This document shows positions 56,900-64,000 of a stretch of DNA of 64,000 nucleotides, in pieces. The stretch is from the human T2T-CHM13v2.0 reference genome, Homo sapiens. The notes under the pieces are model-generated. The model saw only the letters and a program-made list of their open reading frames with translations. It did no database searches and was not told where the DNA came from. The translations under genes were made by a program, and so were the position numbers. The stretch spans positions 61,632,001 to 61,696,000 of the forward strand of contig CP086569.2 of assembly GCA_009914755.4 (NCBI GenBank), read 5' to 3'. Each line of letters opens with the position of its first letter. The first letter of the stretch is position 1.

Positions 56900-58795
56900 A
56901 TGGATTGGAAAGGAATAGAATGGAATGGAATGGAATTGACTCAAATGGAATGGACTAGAATGGAATGGATTCGAATGGAAGGCAAAGGAATGGAATCTAT
57001 TGGAATGGACTGTAATGGAATGGAATGGAAGGGATTGGAATGGACTCGAATGGAATGGACTGCAATAGAAAGGATTCGAACGGAATGAAAAAGAATTGAA
57101 TGGAATAGAACAGAATGGAATCAAATCGAATGAAATGGAATGGAATAGAAAGGAATGGAATGAAATGGAATGGAAAGGATTCGAATGGAATGTAATAGAA
57201 TGGAATGGAATCAAAAGGAATGGAATAAAATGGAAGAAAACTGGCAAGAAATGGAATCGAAATGAATGGAGTGTTATGGAACGGACTCAAAAGGAATTGA
57301 ATGTAATAGAATGGAGTGGAGTGGACTCGAATATAATGGACTGGAATGGAATGAAATCACATGGAATGGGAACGAATGGAATGGAATGGAAAGGAATGGA
57401 ATCGAATGGAAAGGAATCGAATGGAAGGGAATGAAATTGAATCAACAGGAATGGAAGGAAGTAGAATAGACGGTAATGGAATGGACTCGAATAGAATGGA
57501 CAGGAATGCTCAAATTGAATGGACTCGAATGGAATGGAAACGAAAGGAATGTCATCGAATGGAATTGAATCGATTGGAATGAAATCGCATAGAATGGAGT
57601 GGAATCAAATGGAATTGAATCGAAAGGAAAGGAAGCGAATGGACTGAAATGAAATGGAATGGAATTGAATGGAAAGTAACGCAATGGAATAGAATGGGAT
57701 GAAATTTCACGGAATGGAATCAAATAGAATGGAATCAAATCAATGGAATATAATCAAATGGAATGGAAAGGAATTGAATGGAGTAGATTGGATTGGATGG
57801 GATTGGAATGAAATGGAATGGAAAGGACTCGAAGTTCATGAAACGGAATGGAATGAATTGGAATGGAATGGACTCGAATGGAATGGAATATCATGGAATG
57901 GCATCAAATGGAATGGAATCGAATGGAATGGAATCGAATGCATTGGAATGTTATGAAAAAGGAATGGAATGTATTCGAATGAAAAGTCCTCTAATGGAAT
58001 GGATTCGAGTGGAATGGAATCGAATATAATGGAGTCGAATGAAATGGAATTGAAAGGAATGGGATCGAATAGAATGGAATATACTGGAATGTAATGTAAT
58101 GAAGTCGAATGTAATTGACTGGAATGGAATGTACATGAATGGAATGTAATCGAATGGAAAGTAATCCAATGGAATAGAATCTAATGCAATAAAATCGACT
58201 CAAATGGAATAGAATGTAATAGAATGGAATGCAGTGCAATGGAACGGAATGGAATGCAATGCAATGGAGTGGAATGGAAGGGAATGGAATGGGATGGAAT
58301 GGTATGTAATGGATAGGAATGGACTGGAGTGAAATGGACTGGAAAGGAATGGACTCAAATTGAAAGGGCTCGAAAGGAATGGAGTCAAATGGAATGGTCT
58401 GGAATGGAATGAACTCGAATGTAATGCAGTCCAATAGAATGGAATCGAATGGCATGGAATATAAAGAAATGGAATCGAAGAGAACGGAAACAAATGGAAT
58501 GGAATTGAATGGAATGGGAACGAATGGAGTGAAATTGTATGGAATAGAAGAGAATAGAATGGAATGCAAGCGAAAGGAAAGGTATGGATTGGAATGGAAT
58601 GGAATTCATTGGAATGGAAGGGAATGTAGAGTAATGGACAGGCCTGGAAAAAACTGGAATGCTACGGTCTCGAATGGAATAAAAATGTATGGAATGCAAT
58701 GCAATGAAACGGAATCAAATGTCATAGAATGTAATGGAATGCAAAAAAATGGACTCCGAAGTCATTGACTGGAAAGGCTGGGTGTCGAAAGGAAT
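56900..58795 (+). repeat. HSat3 HOR unit U17, truncated (1,896 bp) and most diverged; ends at the junction with the AT-rich satellite
   Basis: Anchor at 56900. Substitutions and indels are dense from ~57,700 onward. The unit ends within 'gtcgaaaggaat' at 58,795, where the full HOR would continue 'tgactccaatgg'. Confidence 0.75.
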
Positions 58796-58800
58796 AAATA
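58790..58800. other. Breakpoint between the HSat3 (DYZ1-like) array and the AT-rich HSat1B (DYZ2-like) array
   Basis: 'ggtgtcgaaaggaat|aaataatatacattatataaaat'. HSat3 homology ends at 58,795 (+/-3 bp, because of 'aat' microhomology). The sequence after it aligns with 61,212 onward in the next 2.4-kb unit. Confidence 0.8.
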
Positions 58801-59180
58801 ATATACATTATATAAAATATATATATTATGTCTATGTTATATATATTATAAAACAACATATAATAATATATAATTGTATACATAAAATATGACATATAAT
58901 ATATATTTTATTTGATGACATATAATATATATTATATATTATATATAATACGTTGTATGTATGATACCTATATTAAATAGATATTATAAGAATATGCTAT
59001 TAAATACATGTCATATATGTTATATATTATGTATTTTACATAGAATATACTGGTTACATATAATATATTCTATGTTACCTATAATGTATAATTTATTACA
59101 TATAATACGATGAATGTCACATATTATATATAATTTATAATATACAATATGTGGAATGTGATATATATAACATAAAATAT

Positions 59181-59270
59181 ATGATATATGATATACAATA
59201 TATGATATATAACACACAATATATGATACACAATATATATGGTATACAATATATACTTTATGATATGTAT
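59181..59270. repeat. Degenerate ~16-18-bp tandem sub-repeat (atgatatacaatat-like) inside the AT-rich block
   Basis: 'atgatat atgatatacaatat atgatatataacacacaatat atgatacacaatatat atggtatacaatatatac'. The equivalent copy is at ~61,595-61,690. Confidence 0.5.
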
Positions 59271-60040
59271 TATATATGTTTTACATTCTGTTATATATAC
59301 CTACTTGAAATTATATATAACTGTATAATATTTTATGTAAATATGTAATATAATATATAGAACTATGTAATATATTATATATAACTATATATTATGTTAT
59401 CTATAGTTTTATTACATAATTTACATAAAATATCACAATATAATATTTATTATATTATTTTATATTACATAATATATATTATATATCACACAATATAAGT
59501 TACATACATAATATTAAAATATAGATTATATTATGATATATTAAATATCATATATATCATGTATCATATATTGTATAATATATATTATACATTATATAAT
59601 ATGCAATGTGTCTGTTATGTGATATATATAACTATATATATAATTATATTATTATATGTATAACTACATAAACATGTAATTCTATAGATTTTCATTTATA
59701 ATATTTATAATTATATAATCATATATATTTATTTATATTCTATAAAAAATTATATCATTATATAAATTATAATATATATAAATTATAATATGTACTAAAA
59801 ATATATATATTATATATCATGTATGATATAGTATATATGTTATATATCATATTGCATATAACTATGTATTATGTTATCTATAATCATATATTTTCCTATA
59901 TAAGATATATAATATGTATTATATATTATATATGTTTTGTAACCTATATAGTATATATAAGATGACACAGGGTAAATATTATATACTATGATGTATAAAA
60001 TATATGAGGTTATATGTTAGATATAAAGCATAATACATAA

Positions 60041-60361
<321 letters not shown>

Positions 60362-60930
60362 ATATTTTTCAAATGAAAAAAAATTTCAAAGCTACTCTGC
60401 TTGGTACAATAATCAAATGTATAAACTGAGGAATAAAACATAACCATGAAACATACTTATAACTGCATATGGAAAATACAGAGGATAATTTTTTAAATAA
60501 CATATTTTGAAAGCCTTAACTAGTAATTGAAAGAGTTGGCATTTGAAAGGCCAGTATGAATATACCTTCAAAGCAGCAACACAGGTTCCCCATGAGAAAA
60601 ATCAAACTCAGGGAAAATGAAACCACAAAGGTTCAATCTCTTCTGACCTTTGAAAGACACAGCACAGACAGTGGCCCTTAGGACCAAGAGCAGGAGACCC
60701 CTAATCCCGTCACCATGGCGATAGGGCATAAACATTGCTGGGTGAGGGCACAATCCACATTGAGGGGTCCAAATGCTGCCAGGAAGACAGAAGTGCTTCT
60801 ACATAGACCGAAAGGTCACTGAAGGCTCAGAGTTTTGATTCAAAAACTGAATCCCAAGCCCACACGTTATTGTGCTGCGCTTCTTAAAACAAGTTATGAG
60901 ATGGGAAATAGGGCACCCACAAACATACGT
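60362..60930. other. Non-AT-rich ~570-bp segment of the 2.4-kb unit, origin unknown
   Basis: Ordinary-complexity sequence with roughly balanced composition, from 'catatttttcaaatgaaaaaaaatttcaaagctactctg' to 'gggcacccacaaacatacg'. It lies between the Alu 5' end and the resumption of AT-rich sequence. Confidence 0.7.
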
Positions 60931-62453
60931 ATACATTATGTATATAATAATATACAGTATCATATATATAATATATATAACCTATGTATAATATGGCTTT
61001 ACATCCTGCATCTTATATTATATATATTTTATATAATATAATAATTGATAATATATAAGATTATATTTATACATTATGACATACAATATATATTATACTT
61101 TATGACATATATAATATATATTATATATCATATATAGAATATATTATATGGTTAATATACGTATTATATATAACTATACATTATATATATTATTTGTAAT
61201 ATATCTGTTATATATAATATACATTATATATAATATATATAATGTCTATGTTATATATAGTATAAAACAACATATAATAATATATAATTGTATACATAAA
61301 ATATGACATATAATATATAATTTATTTTATGACATATAATATATATTATATATTATATATAATACGTTGTATGTATGATACCTATATTAAATATATATTA
61401 TATGACTGTGCTATTAAATACATGTCATATATGTTATATATTATATATTTTACATAGAATATACAGGTTACATATAATATATTCTATGTTACCTATAATG
61501 TATAATTTATTGCATATAATAGGATGAATGTCATATATTATATATAATTTATAATATACAATGTGTGGAATGTGATATACATAACATGAAATCTATGATA
61601 TGTGATATACAATATATGATATATAACATACAATATATGATACACAATATATATGGTATACAATATATATTTTATGATATGTATTCTATATGTTTTACAT
61701 TCTGTTATATATACCTATTTGAAATTATATATAACTGTATAATATTTTATGTAAATATGTAATATAATATATAAAACAATGTAATATATCATATATAACT
61801 GTATATTATGTTATCTATAGTTTTCTTTCGTAATTTATATAAAATATCATAATATAATGATTATTATATTATTTTATATTACAAAATATATATTATATAT
61901 CACACAATATAAGTTACATACATAATATTAAAATATAGATTATATGATGATATATTAAATACCATATATATCATGTATCATATATTGTACAATATATATT
62001 ATACATTATATAATAAGCATGTTGTCTGTTATGTGATATATATAACTATATATATAATTATATTATTATATGTATAACAACCTAAACATGTAATTCTATA
62101 TATTTTCATTTATAATATATTTAATTATATAATCATATATAATTATTTATATTCTATAAAAAATTATATCATTATATAAATTATAATATATATAAATTAT
62201 AATATGTATTAAAATATTTATATTATATATCATATATGATATAGTATATATGTTATATATCATATTACATATAACTATGTATTATGTTATCTCTAATTAT
62301 ATATTTTTCTATATAAGTTGTATAATATGTATCATATATTATATATGTTATGTAAACTATATAGTATATATAAGATGACACAGGGTAAATATTATATACT
62401 ATGTCATATAAAATATATGAGGTTATATGTTAGATATAAAGCATATTACATAA

Positions 62454-62774
<321 letters not shown>

Positions 62775-63343
62775 ATATTTTTCAAATGAAAAAAAATTTC
62801 AAAGCTACTCTGCTTGGTACAATAATCAAATGTATAAACTGAGGAATAAAACATAACCATGAAACATACTTATAACTGCATATGGAAAATACAGAGGATA
62901 ATTTTTTAAATAACATATTTTGAAAGCCTTAACTAGTAATTGAAAGAGTTGGCATTTGAAAGGCCAGTATGAATATACCTTCAAAGCAGCAACACAGGTT
63001 CCCCATGAGAAAAATCAAACTCAGGGAAAATGAAACCACAAAGGTTCAATCTCTTCTGACCTTTGAAAGACACAGCACAGACAGTGGCCCTTAGGACCAA
63101 GAGCAGGAGACCCCTAATCCCGTCACCATGGCGATAGGGCATAAACATTGCTGGGTGAGGGCACAATCCACATTGAGAGGTCCAAATGCTGCCAGGAAGA
63201 CAGGAGTGCTTTTACATAGACCGAAAGGTCACTGAAGGCTCAGAGTTTTGTTTCAAAAACTGAATCCCAAGCCCACACGTTATTGTGCTGCGCTTCTTAA
63301 AACAAGTTATGAGATGGGAAATAGGGCACCCACAAACATACGT
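62775..63343. other. Non-AT-rich ~570-bp segment, second copy
   Basis: Roughly 99% identical to 60,362-60,930. The differences seen are 'gagaggtcc', 'gacaggagtgcttttacat' and 'gttttgtttc'. Confidence 0.7.
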
Positions 63344-63624
63344 ATACATTACGTATATAATAATATACAGTATCATATATATAATATATATAACCTATGT
63401 ATAATATTGCTTTACATCCTGCATCTTATATTATATATATTGTATATAATATAATAATTGATAATATATAAGATTATATTTATACATTATGACATACAAT
63501 ATATATTATACTTTATGACATATATAATATATATTATATATCATACATAGAATATATTATATGGTTAATATACGTATTATATATAACTATACATTATATA
63601 TATTATTTGTAATATATCTGTTAT

Positions 63625-64000
63625 ATATAATATACTTTATATATAATATATATAATGTCTATGTTATATATAGTATAAAACAACATATAATAATATATAA
63701 TTGTATACATAAAATATGACATATAATATATATTTTATTTTATGACATATAATATATATTATATATAATATATAATACGTTGTATGTATGATACCTATAT
63801 TAAATATATATTATATGACTGTGCTATTAAATACATGTCATATATGTTATATATTATATATTTTACATAGAATATACTGGTTACATATAATATATTCTAT
63901 GTTACGTATAATGTATAATTTATTGCATATAATTTGATGAATGTCATATATTATATATAACTTATACAATGTGTGGAAGGTGATATATATTACATGAAAT
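63625..64000 (-). repeat. 2.4-kb unit copy 3 (partial, truncated by window end)
   Basis: It is collinear with 61,212-61,590. It shares copy-2-specific variants ('tatattatatgactgtgctattaaat', 'ttattgcatataat') rather than the copy-1 states. Confidence 0.7.

Larger units (their letters stand above)
1..58795 (+). repeat. DYZ1: HSat3-class (GGAAT)n pentameric satellite array organised as a ~3.55-kb higher-order repeat, about 16.5 tandem copies; consistent with DYZ1 (HSat3 Y subfamily) of human Yq12
   Basis: The sequence is almost entirely ggaat/gaatg pentamers with interspersed variants (cgaat, tgaat, caaat, actcgaatgg). An identical anchor ORF (MDWKGIEWNGMELTQ...) recurs at 223, 3762, 7316, 10865, 14414, 17938, 21452, 24976, 28525, 32073, 35597, 39146, 42695, 46243, 49792, 53346 and 56900, so the period is 3514-3554 bp. 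The first bases of the window ('aaacggaatgcaaaggaatgg') recur at 3540. Copies differ at only a handful of sites by eye. The DYZ1 assignment rests on memory of HOR size and adjacency to a 2.4-kb AT-rich unit with an Alu, not on a search. Confidence 0.85.

Noticed and set aside
1-58795. Hundreds of ORFs of 60-360 aa on both strands of the pentamer array (MEWNGMEWNG... on +, MHSIPFHSIPF... on -)
   Set aside because: They are the trivial translation of (GGAAT)n and its complement in three frames. They are extremely low complexity and mutually overlapping on both strands, and their lengths change with single 1-bp or 5-bp indels. There is no start-codon context and no plausible protein fold.
1-58795. 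CRISPR array or prokaryotic defence island
   Set aside because: The repeats are contiguous 3.5-kb units with no unique spacers, no short palindromic direct repeats and no cas-like ORFs. Composition and the Alu mark this as primate DNA.
1-58795. Centromeric alpha satellite or telomeric repeat
   Set aside because: There is no 171-bp periodicity, no CENP-B-box-like 17-mer and no TTAGGG runs. The periodicity is 5 bp within a 3.5-kb HOR.
1-58795. HSat2 classification instead of HSat3
   Set aside because: CGAAT-containing decamers are frequent, as in HSat2, but long pure (ggaat)n runs dominate. A 3.5-kb HOR next to a 2.4-kb AT-rich/Alu unit fits the Y HSat3 subfamily better. This needs RepeatMasker to settle.
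59020-59348. 65-aa ORFs in the AT-rich block (Y/I/N/C-rich), also at 61565-61762, 60835-61041 and 63248-63454
   Set aside because: They are low-complexity translations of (AT)-rich sequence. They are dominated by TAT, ATA and AAT codons and have no coding signal.
60568-60753. 61-aa minus-strand ORF (MCPHPAMFMPYRHGDG...), identical at 62981-63166
   Set aside because: Identity between copies is explained by the 2.4-kb tandem duplication. It is short, has no recognisable motif, and sits inside a satellite. It is retained only as a low-interest note in the findings.

Overview
This window is eukaryotic (human-type) constitutive heterochromatin. It contains no genes, no prokaryotic operons, no CRISPR array and no defence system. 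Two tandem satellite arrays meet at one abrupt junction.

(1) Positions 1-58,795 are a GGAAT-pentamer 'classical' satellite, HSat3 class, with the purine-rich GGAAT strand on +. It is organised as a ~3.55-kb higher-order repeat (HOR). The same 62-aa anchor ORF recurs 17 times, giving unit periods of 3539, 3554, 3549, 3549, 3524, 3514, 3524, 3549, 3548, 3524, 3549, 3549, 3548, 3549, 3554 and 3554 bp.

(2) Positions 58,796-64,000 are 2.15 copies of a 2,413-bp composite unit. Each unit has ~1.5 kb of ~85-90% AT sequence, a full-length diverged Alu on the minus strand, and a ~570-bp non-AT-rich segment.

A ~3.5-kb GGAAT HOR abutting a 2.4-kb AT-rich unit that carries an Alu matches, from memory, DYZ1 (an HSat3 subfamily) and DYZ2 (HSat1B) of the human Yq12 block. 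This is recognition of family properties, not a database hit.

Every ORF in the supplied six-frame track is a low-complexity artefact of the repeats: MEWNG... on +, HSIPF... on -, Y/I/N-rich peptides in the AT block, and Alu read-through.

The interesting content is structural:
- HOR length variants that are multiples of 5 bp and mark subfamilies.
- A ~10.6-kb, 3-unit segment duplicated in tandem inside the array.
- A recurrent slippage hotspot.
- Increased divergence of the copies nearest the array edge.
- A clean HSat3 to HSat1B breakpoint.
- Markedly faster divergence of the AT-rich part of the 2.4-kb unit than of its Alu and non-AT parts.
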